Positions 38,123 through 49,261 of a DNA stretch of 64,000 bases are shown piece by piece. Each line of letters begins with the position of its first letter. The first letter of the stretch is position 1. Made by a program: the position numbers and the translations under genes. The stretch comes from an uncultured Pelagibacteraceae bacterium. Lineage in GTDB: Bacteria; Pseudomonadota; Alphaproteobacteria; Pelagibacterales; Pelagibacteraceae. The notes beneath the pieces were generated by a model. That model worked only from the letters and a program-made list of their open reading frames with translations. It made no database searches and was not told where the DNA came from. The stretch spans positions 26,595 through 90,594 of the forward strand of contig CACKHK010000002.1 in assembly GCA_902599955.1 (NCBI GenBank), read 5' to 3'.

Positions 38123-39460
38123 ATGTTTAAAAAAATACTTATAGCCAACAGAGGTGAGATAGCAGTAAGAATAATTAGAGCTTGTAAGGAATGGGGTATT
38201 GATACAGTAGCAATACATTCTGATGTAGATAGAGATAGCATGCATGTAAGACTGGCTGATGAAAGTATTTGTGTTGGGCCTCACCAACCAGCACAAAGCT
38301 ATTTAAACATACCTGCAATTATGTCTGCGATAGAATTAACCGGATCGGAGGCGGTTCACCCTGGATATGGTTTTTTATCAGAAAATTCTGAATTTGCTAA
38401 AATCTTAGAAGAAAACAATATAAAATTTATAGGTCCATCATCAAATCTGATTAAAATGATGGGTGATAAAATAGAGGCTAAAAAAGTTGCAAAACAATAT
38501 GGACTACCTGTAATTGAGGGTTCTGAGGGAGGCATAAAAGATTTAAATGAAGCAAAAAAAATATGTGAAAAAGTTGGTTTTCCTATCCTAATAAAAGCAG
38601 CAGGTGGAGGAGGAGGAAAAGGAATGAAAATTGTGAACAAAATTGAGGATTTTGAAAACCTTTTTTTAACAGCCAAGCAAGAAGCAAAAAAGTTTTTTGG
38701 AAATGATGAAGTTTACATTGAAAAATTTTTTCAAAATCCCAGACATATTGAAGTTCAAGTTCTCTCGGGTAAGAATAGAACTGTGCATTTGCATGAGAGA
38801 GATTGTTCAGTTCAAAGAAGACACCAAAAACTTATAGAGGAAACTCCAAGCCCTGTCTTAAATGATAGCTTAAGAAAAGATTTATTTGAAAAAACTGTTA
38901 CTATGGTAAGTAAAATTGGTTATGAGGGTGCTGGGACAGTAGAATTTATATATGAAGATGGGAAATTTTATTTTCTTGAAATGAATACTAGGGTTCAAGT
39001 AGAACATCCCGTTACTGAAATGGTAACGGGTATTGATATAATAAAAGAGCAAATATGGATTGCATTCTCAGGCGATACTGCTTTAACACAAGCAGATGTA
39101 AATCCAAGAGGTCATGCAATTGAATGTAGAATTAATGCTGAAGATCCAAGTAATAATTTTCAACCATCTCCTGGCAAAATAGGCATGTGTCATCAACCGT
39201 CAGGTTTTAGAACTAGAGTAGATGGTTCTATATATCAGGGTTATAAAATTACTCCATATTACGATAGTATGGTGTGTAAAGTCATAACACATGGAAGAAA
39301 TAGAGAAGAAGCTATCCAAAGAATGCTGAGGTCTCTGGATGAGTTTGTGATCGAAGGAATAACAACTACTATAGACCTTCATAAGGTGTTACTAAACAAC
39401 AAAAAATTTATAAGCTCAAATTTTAATGTTAGTTGGCTTGATAAAGAAAAAGTTATTTAG
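38123..39460 (+). CDS. accC: Biotin carboxylase
   Basis: IANRGEIA, HPGYGFLSE, EMNTRVQVEH motifs. Confidence 0.97.
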   Translation: MFKKILIANRGEIAVRIIRACKEWGIDTVAIHSDVDRDSMHVRLADESICVGPHQPAQSYLNIPAIMSAIELTGSEAVHPGYGFLSENSEFAKILEENNIKFIGPSSNLIKMMGDKIEAKKVAKQYGLPVIEGSEGGIKDLNEAKKICEKVGFPILIKAAGGGGGKGMKIVNKIEDFENLFLTAKQEAKKFFGNDEVYIEKFFQNPRHIEVQVLSGKNRTVHLHERDCSVQRRHQKLIEETPSPVLNDSLRKDLFEKTVTMVSKIGYEGAGTVEFIYEDGKFYFLEMNTRVQVEHPVTEMVTGIDIIKEQIWIAFSGDTALTQADVNPRGHAIECRINAEDPSNNFQPSPGKIGMCHQPSGFRTRVDGSIYQGYKITPYYDSMVCKVITHGRNREEAIQRMLRSLDEFVIEGITTTIDLHKVLLNNKKFISSNFNVSWLDKEKVI

Positions 39461-39861
39461 CTATAACATTTTTTTAGCCAAACATCATAGACAGGATGAT
39501 CAAATGGCCTTATTGATGGGCTTGAGGCAAATGTCCAGTCATTAAAAATAAATACCTTATTCTTATTAATTATTGTTTTATCTGTAACTTGTAAAAAAGC
39601 AGTTACCTCTGGATCATCGTCAAATTTGGAATTGTAACATTTTAAAACTTTAATATCTAAGTTTTGGAAAGGGTACTCTTCACCTATTTTAATAATTACA
39701 TTTGTATGTTTTGAACTAACTTTATCAAGAATACTTAATTCTACAATTTTTTCACTTTTTTGTAAATCTTCTGCAAATAGATTCTTGGCTACAAGAATAA
39801 AAAAAGTTGTTAAAATTAAATATTTAATTCTTCCAACTTTTATATTTTTTTTTGATACCAT
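39457..39861 (-). CDS. DUF2155 family exported protein
   Basis: LDKVS, WTFASSP...FDHPVYDVW motifs; probable start ATG 39861. Confidence 0.8.
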   Translation of the reverse strand: MVSKKNIKVGRIKYLILTTFFILVAKNLFAEDLQKSEKIVELSILDKVSSKHTNVIIKIGEEYPFQNLDIKVLKCYNSKFDDDPEVTAFLQVTDKTIINKNKVFIFNDWTFASSPSIRPFDHPVYDVWLKKCYS

Positions 39862-40183
39862 TATTATATTTTTTGGGATGGTAAGAATTATTTGATCCCG
39901 ATTGATTTGGTAGATGTTCCTTTTGCCAATCATATTTTTTTAAATTATGATTATTTTGAATTTTATTATTTATATGATGCATCCAAGAGTACCATTCATT
40001 AGGTATTTTAGATGCTTCGACTTCCCCCTTATATATGACCCATCGCTTTCCTGATTTACTCTCATAATATTTATTTCCATATTTATCCTCACCAACTAAA
40101 TTTCCAGAAAAAAATATTTGTAATCTGGTGCCCAAAGTTTGTTGATTCCACCATGTGAAAATTTGTTTAAATATTGTCAACAT
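39824..40183 (-). CDS. NDUFA12 family complex I accessory subunit
   Basis: FTWWN, VGED.YGNKYY, RWVIY, W.KEHLPN motifs; start ATG 40183. Confidence 0.9.
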   Translation of the reverse strand: MLTIFKQIFTWWNQQTLGTRLQIFFSGNLVGEDKYGNKYYESKSGKRWVIYKGEVEASKIPNEWYSWMHHINNKIQNNHNLKKYDWQKEHLPNQSGSNNSYHPKKYNNGIKKKYKSWKN

Positions 40184-40300
40184 AAAAAAAATTTTTTTTT
40201 TCAATTTTAAATTGTAAAAATTAAATTAGACACAATTTTTATATTTCTATATACTCTAAATCTTTAAGATTCAATTTTATAAATAAATTAAAGAATATAA

Positions 40301-41125
40301 ATGGCAAAATTTTTAGTTGAGACATATTACACATGTAGTTTTAAGGTAAGTCATTATCTCGACGATATTGATGATAAAAATTTACAAAATATAGAGAAAA
40401 GAGACGACGGAAAATTTGAAATATTAGATGTTAAACTAGATAACAGAAAAACTAAAAATTTAGAAAAGATTGAAAAAAACAACATAAATGTTGTTGAAAA
40501 AGAACTTCCTCAGACTGAGAAAAAGAATAACCTTAAGATTAACCAAGAAATATTAACTAAAAATATCAAAGATACTAATGGCAGAAGATTTAGTATGCCT
40601 GACAGAAGAAAAGGATATATCCAAAAGGCATCGATTGGAGATCATAAAGTATACCTACATACTGGTGAGTATGAAGATGGTAAAATAGGAGAAATATTTA
40701 TTGATACAAGTAAAGAAGGTGAGCTAGTAAAAGCAACAATGAACAACTTTGCTATAGCTGTGTCACTTGGGTTGCAATATGGAGTTCCATTAGATGAATT
40801 TGTAAATGCTTTTGTTGATACAAAATTTGAACCATCAGGAAAAGTGTTTGGAAATGATAGAATATTAAGTGCAACATCAATTCTTGACTATATATTCCGA
40901 GAATTAGCAATATCATATCTGAACAGAGAAGATCTTGCCCATACTCCTTCTATAGGAGGATCTGAAAACTTGGACGAAGCTGTAACAGATGAAAATAGTG
41001 AGGACAAAACTCAATTCTTAAAATTAGTAAAAGACATTACAAGTAAAGGTTTTGTTAGAAGTAATTACAAAAAGAAATTAGTAGATCTTTCAGATATAAA
41101 AATAAATCTTAAAGGAAAGAAATAA
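40301..41125 (+). CDS. Stand-alone C-terminal (TSCPD-type) domain of class II ribonucleotide reductase
   Basis: [68 protein letters not shown] motifs; no catalytic barrel. Confidence 0.8.
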   Translation: MAKFLVETYYTCSFKVSHYLDDIDDKNLQNIEKRDDGKFEILDVKLDNRKTKNLEKIEKNNINVVEKELPQTEKKNNLKINQEILTKNIKDTNGRRFSMPDRRKGYIQKASIGDHKVYLHTGEYEDGKIGEIFIDTSKEGELVKATMNNFAIAVSLGLQYGVPLDEFVNAFVDTKFEPSGKVFGNDRILSATSILDYIFRELAISYLNREDLAHTPSIGGSENLDEAVTDENSEDKTQFLKLVKDITSKGFVRSNYKKKLVDLSDIKINLKGKK

Positions 41126-42910
41126 TTAAATTTTCTTTTTAATATTTAAATTTAACTCTTTTAGTTGATCATCAGAAACTTCAGATGGAGCATTCATCAT
41201 CAGATCTTGTGCATTTTGGTTCATTGGGAACATAGTAACTTCTCTTATATTTTTTTCATTTGCCAGGAGCATAACAATTCTATCGATTCCTGGAGCTATT
41301 CCTCCATGGGGTGGTGCTCCATAACTTAAGGCATTTATCATTCCGCTAAATTCTTTATTTACGTCGTTTGTTGAATAGCCAGCAACATCAAATAGTTTAT
41401 ACATTAATTCAGGAATATGATTTCTAATAGCACCTGATGATAACTCTATTCCGTTACATACAATATCATATTGGTATGCTTTAAGATTTAAAGGGTTAGA
41501 TAAATCTAATTTTTTTAAATCACCTTGAGGCATTGAAAAGGGGTTATGACTAAATTTGATTTTTTTAGTTATTTCATCAACCTCATACATTGGGTAATCA
41601 ACTACCCAACAAAAAGAAAAACAATCATTATCAATTAAATTTAATTCCTGAGCTATTTTGTTTCTTGCAATACTTAATATTTTTTCGACATCATTTTTTT
41701 TTCCACAAGAAAGAAATACCGTATCACCTATATTCGCATTTGTTAGTTTCATGATTTCTAATAATGCATTCTCTGAAAAAAATTTTCCAATTGGTCCTTT
41801 GGCGTTAATTTTTTCATCTTTTTCTAATGTAAAATAAGCTAAACCAGAGGAACCTTGCTCTTTTGCCCATCTATCAATACCATCAAAGAAACTTCTTGGT
41901 TTATCTTTTGTATTTTTGGTGACTAGCGCTCTGACTAGTGAACCACTTTTCACTAATTTTTTAAAAATATCAAATTTCACATCTTCTCTATCAAAAATAA
42001 TTGTTAAATCTGTAATTTCTAAAGGATTTCTTAAATCTGGTTTATCTGAACCATATTTAAGCATTGCATCTTCATAAGTGATCCTTGGAAATTTTTCATG
42101 AAGAATTTTTTTACTACTAAATGTATTAAATAATTTTAAAAATAAAGTTTCAATTACTCCAAAGACATCTTCTTGTTCAACAAAAGACATTTCAACATCT
42201 AATTGATAAAATTCCCCAGGACTTCTATCTGCTCTGGCATCCTCGTCCCTAAAACAAGGTGCTATTTGAAAATATTTATCAAACCCAGAAACCATTATTA
42301 GTTGCTTAAATTGTTGAGGAGCTTGTGGTAAGGCATAAAATTTTCCTGGATTTAATCTGCTAGGTACAAGAAAATCTCTGGCTCCTTCTGGGCTAGATGA
42401 AGTTAATATAGGAGTTTGAAATTCTAAAAAACCAAGTTTTTGCATCTCGTTTCTGATAAATGAGATTACTTTTGATCTTAAGATAATATTTTGATGTATT
42501 TTTTTTCTTCTTAAATCTAAAAATCTATACTTAAGTCTTATTTCCTCAGCATATTCTTGATCTGAAAAAACTGGCAGTGGTAATTCTTTAGTTTCCCCAA
42601 GAATATCGATATTATTAATTTTGACTTCTATTTCACCAGTTGAAATATTTTTATTAATTGTTTCATTTGATCTCTCAATAACCATTCCCGTAATTTTAAT
42701 TACTGTTTCCAAAGAAAGTTTTTCGAGTTTCTTAAAAATTTCATTACTTTTGTCTATAACGCACTGTGTAATTCCAAAATTATCTCTTAGATCTATAAAT
42801 AAAAGATTTCCATGATCTCTTTTTTTGTTAATCCAGCCAGATAAAGAAATTTCCTTTTCTTTATCTAACTTGGTTAATTCCCCGCAGGTATGAGTTCTAA
42901 ATTTATTCAA
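41126..42910 (-). CDS. aspS: Aspartate--tRNA ligase (probably non-discriminating)
   Basis: RTHTCGEL, RDHG, LPQAPQQFKQ, CFRDED, PPHGG motifs; TTG start. Confidence 0.96.
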   Translation of the reverse strand: MNKFRTHTCGELTKLDKEKEISLSGWINKKRDHGNLLFIDLRDNFGITQCVIDKSNEIFKKLEKLSLETVIKITGMVIERSNETINKNISTGEIEVKINNIDILGETKELPLPVFSDQEYAEEIRLKYRFLDLRRKKIHQNIILRSKVISFIRNEMQKLGFLEFQTPILTSSSPEGARDFLVPSRLNPGKFYALPQAPQQFKQLIMVSGFDKYFQIAPCFRDEDARADRSPGEFYQLDVEMSFVEQEDVFGVIETLFLKLFNTFSSKKILHEKFPRITYEDAMLKYGSDKPDLRNPLEITDLTIIFDREDVKFDIFKKLVKSGSLVRALVTKNTKDKPRSFFDGIDRWAKEQGSSGLAYFTLEKDEKINAKGPIGKFFSENALLEIMKLTNANIGDTVFLSCGKKNDVEKILSIARNKIAQELNLIDNDCFSFCWVVDYPMYEVDEITKKIKFSHNPFSMPQGDLKKLDLSNPLNLKAYQYDIVCNGIELSSGAIRNHIPELMYKLFDVAGYSTNDVNKEFSGMINALSYGAPPHGGIAPGIDRIVMLLANEKNIREVTMFPMNQNAQDLMMNAPSEVSDDQLKELNLNIKKKI

Positions 42911-42911
42911 T

Positions 42912-43568
42912 TTATAAAATCTCTTTTATGGTTTTAAAATTAATTGGTTTTTTTTTTTTTAAACTTAACTCGTCAATCTTATATATAAATTCATCAATTT
43001 TTCTATAAGATCTATCAATTCTACTAATTATGAAATTTATTATTTTTTTTTCAATTTTAATCTGGCGATCAGAAAAATTCTTTAAAATTATAGCAAAAAG
43101 CAATTCATCATCTGGATTTTCAATTTCAGCGTAAAGACAATTTTTTGATCTTGAGGTTAAATCAGGCAGTCTGTATTTAATTTCATTTATTGGTTTTAAT
43201 GAATTTATTAACAAATACTTACTATCTTGATCTATTAGATTAAAAATTGAATAAAGTATTTCCTCCTCGTTACACTCTTCAAAATCATCAATAATTATAC
43301 TTTCATGTAATTTAATGCTTTTAAAAATTGAGTTATCAATCTCATTTCCCTTAATTAAAAATGCTTTAGATTTTAATCTAAAGATGTTTGCTAGATGACT
43401 TTTTCCAGAGAATTTCTCACCTGATATATTTAATATTTTTTTATCCCAGTCAGGCCATCTATAAATCAAATTAAATGCGTTCGAATTACTTTTCGATAAA
43501 TAAAAATCATGTTCATTAAAATTAGTTTTATAATCAAAGTCTAGAAGTAGTTGATTTAATTCACTCAT
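42912..43568 (-). CDS. hdaA: HdaA/DnaA-like regulatory AAA+ protein
   Basis: N-terminal clamp-binding QLLLDF, SGKSHL, PDLTSR motifs. Confidence 0.82.
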   Translation of the reverse strand: MSELNQLLLDFDYKTNFNEHDFYLSKSNSNAFNLIYRWPDWDKKILNISGEKFSGKSHLANIFRLKSKAFLIKGNEIDNSIFKSIKLHESIIIDDFEECNEEEILYSIFNLIDQDSKYLLINSLKPINEIKYRLPDLTSRSKNCLYAEIENPDDELLFAIILKNFSDRQIKIEKKIINFIISRIDRSYRKIDEFIYKIDELSLKKKKPINFKTIKEIL

Positions 43569-44674
43569 TTTATTTTCCAGTTGCTTGAGGATGTGTCAAT
43601 ACTTATATCGTAAGATAAAATATCTTTTAAAAATCTTTTTGGGCTACTGCTGTAATAAACTTTATATACAATCATTTTACTACCAAACTTTTCAATATTA
43701 TAACTATTTACAAAATCTAAATTATCCAAAGCATTTTCTAATTTTAATGATTTTTCTGTATTGTTTGACTCTAATGACAATCGTATTGGAACAGATGTAG
43801 ATGGACTCATTTTATTAATAGATTTCCATTTATCTTCATATTCATTTTTGATATTAATTATCATTGAATTTAGGTCTGTTTGATTATTTATATTTTTATC
43901 TTTAAAATTTTTACTTAATATTTCAAACTTATCATCAAAATTTATTTTTGAATAAAATTTAATATTATTTTTACTTTTAAAAATTATCATTATTATAAAG
44001 TTTTCAGAATAATATTTATTCAATATTTTTTGGAAATTATAATTTTCAATATCTTTTAAGTTATTCTTTATACTTAAATAATCCTCTGCATCCTCATTTG
44101 GTATAATATAAGAAATTTGAAAATAATTTTTTTCAATACTTTCCCAATTTTCCACAAAAATATTTTCATTTAAATAGTAAAAATTATTTGTTTCTAAATC
44201 AATTATAACTGGTATGAACAAAATATTAATTTTTTTTGGTAATGAAATAGTTATATTTTTAGTATCTAAGAATTTAATTAATTTTTTTCTATTAAATTCT
44301 ACCTCCATAACACTTTTATATTTTTGGTTTATGAATTTTTCATCCAAAATTGAAAAGTTTTCGATTAATTTTTTTATATCATTTATTTTTGTATTTTTAA
44401 TTTTATCAAGGTCTTTTCTCTCTAGTACCATTTGAGAGATATCTTGAAATGCTTTTTTAAAGCCTCTATCCATAACTTTTAGTTTATCAAAACTAAGATT
44501 ATATTTTTCCTCAACTTCAATTTTTGAAACAACAAAAGTTTTAGCAAGCACTTCCTTTGTGGAAAACTCTATAAAATTAAAGGTTAAAAATATGAAAAAT
44601 ATATATAAACAATTTGATATATTTATTTTTAAAAAATACATAAATTTGTTATATGGCATCAAATAAATTAACAT
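43565..44674 (-). CDS. DUF2066-like exported protein (start uncertain, possibly 44641)
   Basis: N-terminal hydrophobic segment; position between hdaA and purM. Confidence 0.55.
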   Translation of the reverse strand: MLIYLMPYNKFMYFLKINISNCLYIFFIFLTFNFIEFSTKEVLAKTFVVSKIEVEEKYNLSFDKLKVMDRGFKKAFQDISQMVLERKDLDKIKNTKINDIKKLIENFSILDEKFINQKYKSVMEVEFNRKKLIKFLDTKNITISLPKKINILFIPVIIDLETNNFYYLNENIFVENWESIEKNYFQISYIIPNEDAEDYLSIKNNLKDIENYNFQKILNKYYSENFIIMIIFKSKNNIKFYSKINFDDKFEILSKNFKDKNINNQTDLNSMIINIKNEYEDKWKSINKMSPSTSVPIRLSLESNNTEKSLKLENALDNLDFVNSYNIEKFGSKMIVYKVYYSSSPKRFLKDILSYDISIDTSSSNWKIK

Positions 44675-45675
44675 ACAGTAAGAGCGGAGTTAATATTCCA
44701 AAAGCAGATAGTTTTGTTAAATTCATAAGTTCACTAGCAAGAAAATCAAGCAAAAGTGGTGATTTTAAGAATATAGGAGGTTTTGGAGCAATCTCTCCAA
44801 TACCTAGACAACTAAAAGACCCTCACATTGTTACTAGCACTGATGGAGTTGGAACAAAAATTGAGATAGCAAATGATCTAAATAAATTTGATACAATTGG
44901 AATAGATCTTGTTGCGATGTGTGTAAATGATTTGGTCGTTCAAGGAGCGAAGCCTTATTTATTCTTAGACTACATTTCTATTAGCAAAATTAATTTGAAA
45001 AAATTAAAACATATAGTTAGAGGAATTGTTAAGGGATGTGATATTGCTGGTTGCAAATTAGTTGGTGGAGAAACTGCTGAAATGCCGGGAACGTATACTA
45101 AAGGGAAATTTGATATAGCAGGTTTTGCTGTTGGTCTTGTTGAAAAGAAAAAAATACTTAATAAAAAAATCAGAAATAATGATCTTATTTTATCTGTACC
45201 TTCTAATGGACTTCATTCTAATGGTTATTCCTTAGTGAGGTATTTATTAAAAAAGAAAAAAATAAATTTAAAAACAAGTAAATTTCTCAAAGATGAATTA
45301 ATTAGACCTACCAAAATTTATGTAAAAGAATTATCTGTTATTCATGAAAAGAATTTAATAAATGGATGTGCAAACATAACTGGTGGAGGTCTAGTGGATA
45401 ATATTCAAAGAATAATACCAAAAAATTTATGTGCTGAAATAGATCTAAATAAAGTCAAAACATTAAAAATTTTTAGATGGTTACGTAAAATGGGTGTAAG
45501 TGAGAAAGAAATGTTAAAGACCTTTAATTGTGGTGTAGGTTTTTGTTTAGTTACAAATCCTAAAAATTATAATTCAGTAAGTAAATATTTTGGTAAAAAA
45601 TTTAAACCCTATATCATTGGAAAAATAGTTAAAAATTCAAAAAAAGTAAAATTAAGTGGAAAAATATCCTGGTAA
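44653..45675 (+). CDS. purM: Phosphoribosylformylglycinamidine cyclo-ligase
   Basis: TDGVGTK, GGETAEMP, HSNGYS motifs. Confidence 0.96.
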   Translation: MASNKLTYSKSGVNIPKADSFVKFISSLARKSSKSGDFKNIGGFGAISPIPRQLKDPHIVTSTDGVGTKIEIANDLNKFDTIGIDLVAMCVNDLVVQGAKPYLFLDYISISKINLKKLKHIVRGIVKGCDIAGCKLVGGETAEMPGTYTKGKFDIAGFAVGLVEKKKILNKKIRNNDLILSVPSNGLHSNGYSLVRYLLKKKKINLKTSKFLKDELIRPTKIYVKELSVIHEKNLINGCANITGGGLVDNIQRIIPKNLCAEIDLNKVKTLKIFRWLRKMGVSEKEMLKTFNCGVGFCLVTNPKNYNSVSKYFGKKFKPYIIGKIVKNSKKVKLSGKISW

Positions 45676-46228
45676 AAAAAAAACCGCTGTCTTTATTAGT
45701 GGAAGAGGTAGTAACTTAAAATCTTTACTAAAACACTCAAAAAAAAAGAATTCTTTAATTAAAATTATATTAGTTATTTCAAACAATCCAGATGCTGAGG
45801 GACTAAAATATGCATCTAGATCTAAAATTAAAATTTATGGAAATAAAAATAAATCAAATTTTGAAAATAAATCACTTAAGTTACTAGAGAAATATAATGT
45901 TGATTTAATTTGTCTTGCTGGATTTATGAGAATCTTATCAGGTAATTTTATAAAAAAATTTTCTAAACCAATATTAAATATTCATCCATCGCTTTTACCA
46001 AAATATAAAGGATTAAATACACATGAGAGAGCAATTAAAAATAAAGATCGTTTCGCAGGAGCGTCAATTCATAAAGTAACAGAAAAATTAGATTCAGGTA
46101 AAGTTATTTTGCAAAAGAAGGTGAAAATCCTAAAATCAGATAATGTAAGAAGTTTAGAAAAAAAGGTGCTTAAAATTGAACATGAAATTTATCCAAAGGC
46201 TATTGATAAGTTTTTAACTAATCTTTAA
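45656..46228 (+). CDS. purN: Phosphoribosylglycinamide formyltransferase
   Basis: ISGRGSNL, LAGFMRIL, NIHPSLLP motifs. Confidence 0.95.
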   Translation: MEKYPGKKKTAVFISGRGSNLKSLLKHSKKKNSLIKIILVISNNPDAEGLKYASRSKIKIYGNKNKSNFENKSLKLLEKYNVDLICLAGFMRILSGNFIKKFSKPILNIHPSLLPKYKGLNTHERAIKNKDRFAGASIHKVTEKLDSGKVILQKKVKILKSDNVRSLEKKVLKIEHEIYPKAIDKFLTNL

Positions 46229-46628
46229 AAAAAAAATCTAACTCGATTTTAGCATTTTCAACACTATCTGATCCATGAACAGAATTTTTATCAATTGAAA
46301 TACCATATTTTTTTCGAAGCGTTCCTTCTTCTGCATCTTTAGGGTTAGTTGCTCCCATCAATTTTCTATTTTCTATAACAGCATTCTCTTTTTGAAGATT
46401 CATTACAACAATTGGTCCAGAAGACAAGTAAGCACACAAATCATTATAAAAAGGTTTAGACTCATGAACTTTATAAAACTTTTCAGCTTCTTCTTTAGTA
46501 ATATGAATTTTTTTTTCCTTTAAAATTTCAAATCCATTTTTTTTAAACTCATTTTTAATCTGATCTTGCAAATTTCTTTCAACAGCATCTGGCTTTATTA
46601 TTGACAATGTTTGTTCAATATTACTCAT
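46218..46628 (-). CDS. ndk: Nucleoside diphosphate kinase
   Basis: IIKPDAV and NSVHGSDS motifs. Confidence 0.97.
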   Translation of the reverse strand: MSNIEQTLSIIKPDAVERNLQDQIKNEFKKNGFEILKEKKIHITKEEAEKFYKVHESKPFYNDLCAYLSSGPIVVMNLQKENAVIENRKLMGATNPKDAEEGTLRKKYGISIDKNSVHGSDSVENAKIELDFFFKD

Positions 46629-48057
46629 AATTCTCCTCTATAAATTTGTTTAATAATCTAACACCATATCCAGTTGCGCCACCAGAATTCAATGCTCCAG
46701 CATATTTAGAAAAAGCCATTCCAGCAATATCTAAGTGCGCCCAAGGTGTTTTATTAATTATAAATCTTTGTAAAAATTGAGCTGCAGTTGTTGATCCTGC
46801 TCCTCCAACATAATTAATATTTTGCATATCAGCATTATTTGAATTCATTAATTTGTTATAATTCTCATGAAGTGGCATTTCCCACACTTTTTCTTCTACA
46901 TTCTCTCCAGCATCAAAAAGTTGTTTAGACAATTTTTTATTATTTGACCAAAGCCCAGCATATTCAGATCCAAGCGCAACAATTATTGCTCCAGTTAATG
47001 TTGCTAAATCAATTATTAGACTTGGCTTAAATTTCTCTTCGGTATATGTAAGTACATCTGCTAAAACTAGTCTTCCCTCAGCGTCTGTATTTAAAACTTC
47101 GATTGTCTGTCCGCTGTAAGATTTGACAATATCTCCAGGTCTTTGTGCATTGGCACCTGGCATATTTTCAACTAGTCCAACAACTCCAACTGCATTAATT
47201 TTAGATTTCCTTAAAGCTAGAGTTTTCATAAGACCAACTACAGTTGCTGAACCCGCCATATCATATGTCATATCTTCCATAAATTTTGCAGGTTTGAGTG
47301 AAATTCCACCAGTATCAAAACATACACCTTTTCCAACGAAGGCTAAGGGTTTTGATTTATTTTTATTTCCATTCCACTCTATTGTTACCATATAAGAACC
47401 TCTGATACTTCCTTGTCCGACACCAAGCAAGGCGTTAAAACCTAATTTTTTTAATCTCTTTTGGTCATAAACTGTTACTTTTAATCCAAACTTTCTTAAT
47501 TTAACAATCCTCTTTGCGTATTCATCTGGGTGTAAAATATTACCAGGTTCAGAAACCAAATCTCTAGTTAGAAAAACTCCTTCCAAAAGAGCATTTAATT
47601 TATTTCTTAATAAATTTTTTTGTTTATTTTTACTGCCAACAACACTTAAATTTATATTAACATTTTTTTTCTTATCAGTTTTATAAAGATTAAAATTATA
47701 TGACTTAAGTTGTGCTCCATGAAGAAATTTTTCTAATTGTACATTAGTAAAAGAATTATTTTCTACATTTATAAATGAATTCTCTTTTTTATTTTCCTTT
47801 AAAAAAACAAATAATTTTGAACCAAGTTTTTCAAAATCTATGGAAGCTTTTGATTTTGTACAATTTACGAATACATAGCTTTTGTTGTTGTAATCTTTTG
47901 AAAGAAAATTCCCCTCAGAAAAAAGTTTATTATTGAAAATTGATTTTGCTAACTCTTTAATGTCTTTACTTTTTATAACTTTTTGAGTTAGGAGGATAAT
48001 CTCGTTATCCTTTGCGATTTTTGGGACTTTATTTACAAAATTTAAATTTAGCTTCAT
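46621..48057 (-). CDS. pepA: Leucyl aminopeptidase (M17)
   Basis: GKGVCFDTGG, DMAGS, NTDAEGRL motifs; start moved to ATG 48057. Confidence 0.95.
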   Translation of the reverse strand: MKLNLNFVNKVPKIAKDNEIILLTQKVIKSKDIKELAKSIFNNKLFSEGNFLSKDYNNKSYVFVNCTKSKASIDFEKLGSKLFVFLKENKKENSFINVENNSFTNVQLEKFLHGAQLKSYNFNLYKTDKKKNVNINLSVVGSKNKQKNLLRNKLNALLEGVFLTRDLVSEPGNILHPDEYAKRIVKLRKFGLKVTVYDQKRLKKLGFNALLGVGQGSIRGSYMVTIEWNGNKNKSKPLAFVGKGVCFDTGGISLKPAKFMEDMTYDMAGSATVVGLMKTLALRKSKINAVGVVGLVENMPGANAQRPGDIVKSYSGQTIEVLNTDAEGRLVLADVLTYTEEKFKPSLIIDLATLTGAIIVALGSEYAGLWSNNKKLSKQLFDAGENVEEKVWEMPLHENYNKLMNSNNADMQNINYVGGAGSTTAAQFLQRFIINKTPWAHLDIAGMAFSKYAGALNSGGATGYGVRLLNKFIEENYE

Positions 48058-48112
48058 TTTTTTTGAAATTTTAATTAGATAATGTTGTATATTTATAAAA
48101 AGATAAATTTCA

Positions 48113-49261
48113 ATGAATAAATTAATTTTCCGTAAATTTTCCAAGGATATCATCAATTTTTTTTTGATTGCGTCGTTTAGTATTACTTTTATTGTATGGA
48201 TAATTCAGGCTGTCAATTTTTTAGACCTTATATCTAATGATGGGCATAGTTTAGATGTATATTTTTATTTTGTTTCTCTTAACCTACCTAAAATTTTTAG
48301 CAAAACAATAATTTTTGTTTTTTTTATATCAATTTTTTATGTAATTAATAAATATAAAAATTCTAATGAGCTAATTGTTTTTTGGAGTAATGGTATACAA
48401 AAAATTAAATTTATAAATTTTATACTAAAGTTATCATTATTATTTTTAATTTTACAATTGGTTTTAAATTTATTTGTAATTCCCAAATCTCAAAGTCTTG
48501 GAAGGTTATATATTAAACAATCTAATATTGACTTTTTGCCAAAATTAATATCTGAAAAAAAATTTATAAATGTTGTTAAAAACCTCACTATATTTGTTGA
48601 GGAATATAAAAAAGATGGAAAACTTAATAAAATTTACATTAATGAAAAGTTGGGCTCAAGTGAGTCAAAAATTATTGTTTCTGAGAGTGGAAAAATTATA
48701 AAAAAAAATAAAAATTATATATTAAGATTAAATAATGGAGGTATAACAAATATAAGCGAGGACAATACTTATACTTTAAACTTTTCAGAGACAGATTATG
48801 ATTTGTCAGATTTTTCAACCAAGACAACAACGGCCTCTAAAGTTCAAGAATTAGATTCGATAAAATTATTAATGTGTATTAAAGAAGTTTTAATGAAAGA
48901 CAAATTAAATGCAGAACAAATTATAATTAAGCCAGAGAATACCGCTTGTCATTCTAGAAAAGTAAAATCTATTGGTGAAGAACTCTATAAGAGATTAATA
49001 CTCCCATTCTATACACTGATTATTTCTCTTGTAGCAGCAAGTTTAGTTATTGAACCAAAGTCTAGGTATTTATTAAAATTTCATAAATTGAATATATTCC
49101 TTACAGGTATTGCAGTTATAATTTTGTCTCAACTCGCTTTAAAATTTATTTTGAACTCAATTAATCTTATGATTGTAATATTATTTTTACCAATATTTTT
49201 AATTATAATTTATTATTTAATGATATTGATATTTACTAAATTTAAATTGAGTTATCTATGA
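48113..49261 (+). CDS. lptF: LPS export permease LptF
   Basis: Six-TM YjgP/Q layout, NEL motif, position after pepA. Confidence 0.85.
   Translation: MNKLIFRKFSKDIINFFLIASFSITFIVWIIQAVNFLDLISNDGHSLDVYFYFVSLNLPKIFSKTIIFVFFISIFYVINKYKNSNELIVFWSNGIQKIKFINFILKLSLLFLILQLVLNLFVIPKSQSLGRLYIKQSNIDFLPKLISEKKFINVVKNLTIFVEEYKKDGKLNKIYINEKLGSSESKIIVSESGKIIKKNKNYILRLNNGGITNISEDNTYTLNFSETDYDLSDFSTKTTTASKVQELDSIKLLMCIKEVLMKDKLNAEQIIIKPENTACHSRKVKSIGEELYKRLILPFYTLIISLVAASLVIEPKSRYLLKFHKLNIFLTGIAVIILSQLALKFILNSINLMIVILFLPIFLIIIYYLMILIFTKFKLSYL

Noticed and set aside
40184-40300. Possible NrdR box upstream of the NrdJ-like fragment
   Set aside because: No convincing match to the NrdR palindrome was seen.
42948-42960. 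13-nt T homopolymer in hdaA as a phase-variation tract
   Set aside because: It encodes a Lys run near the C-terminus in frame, and long A/T runs are common throughout this AT-rich window.
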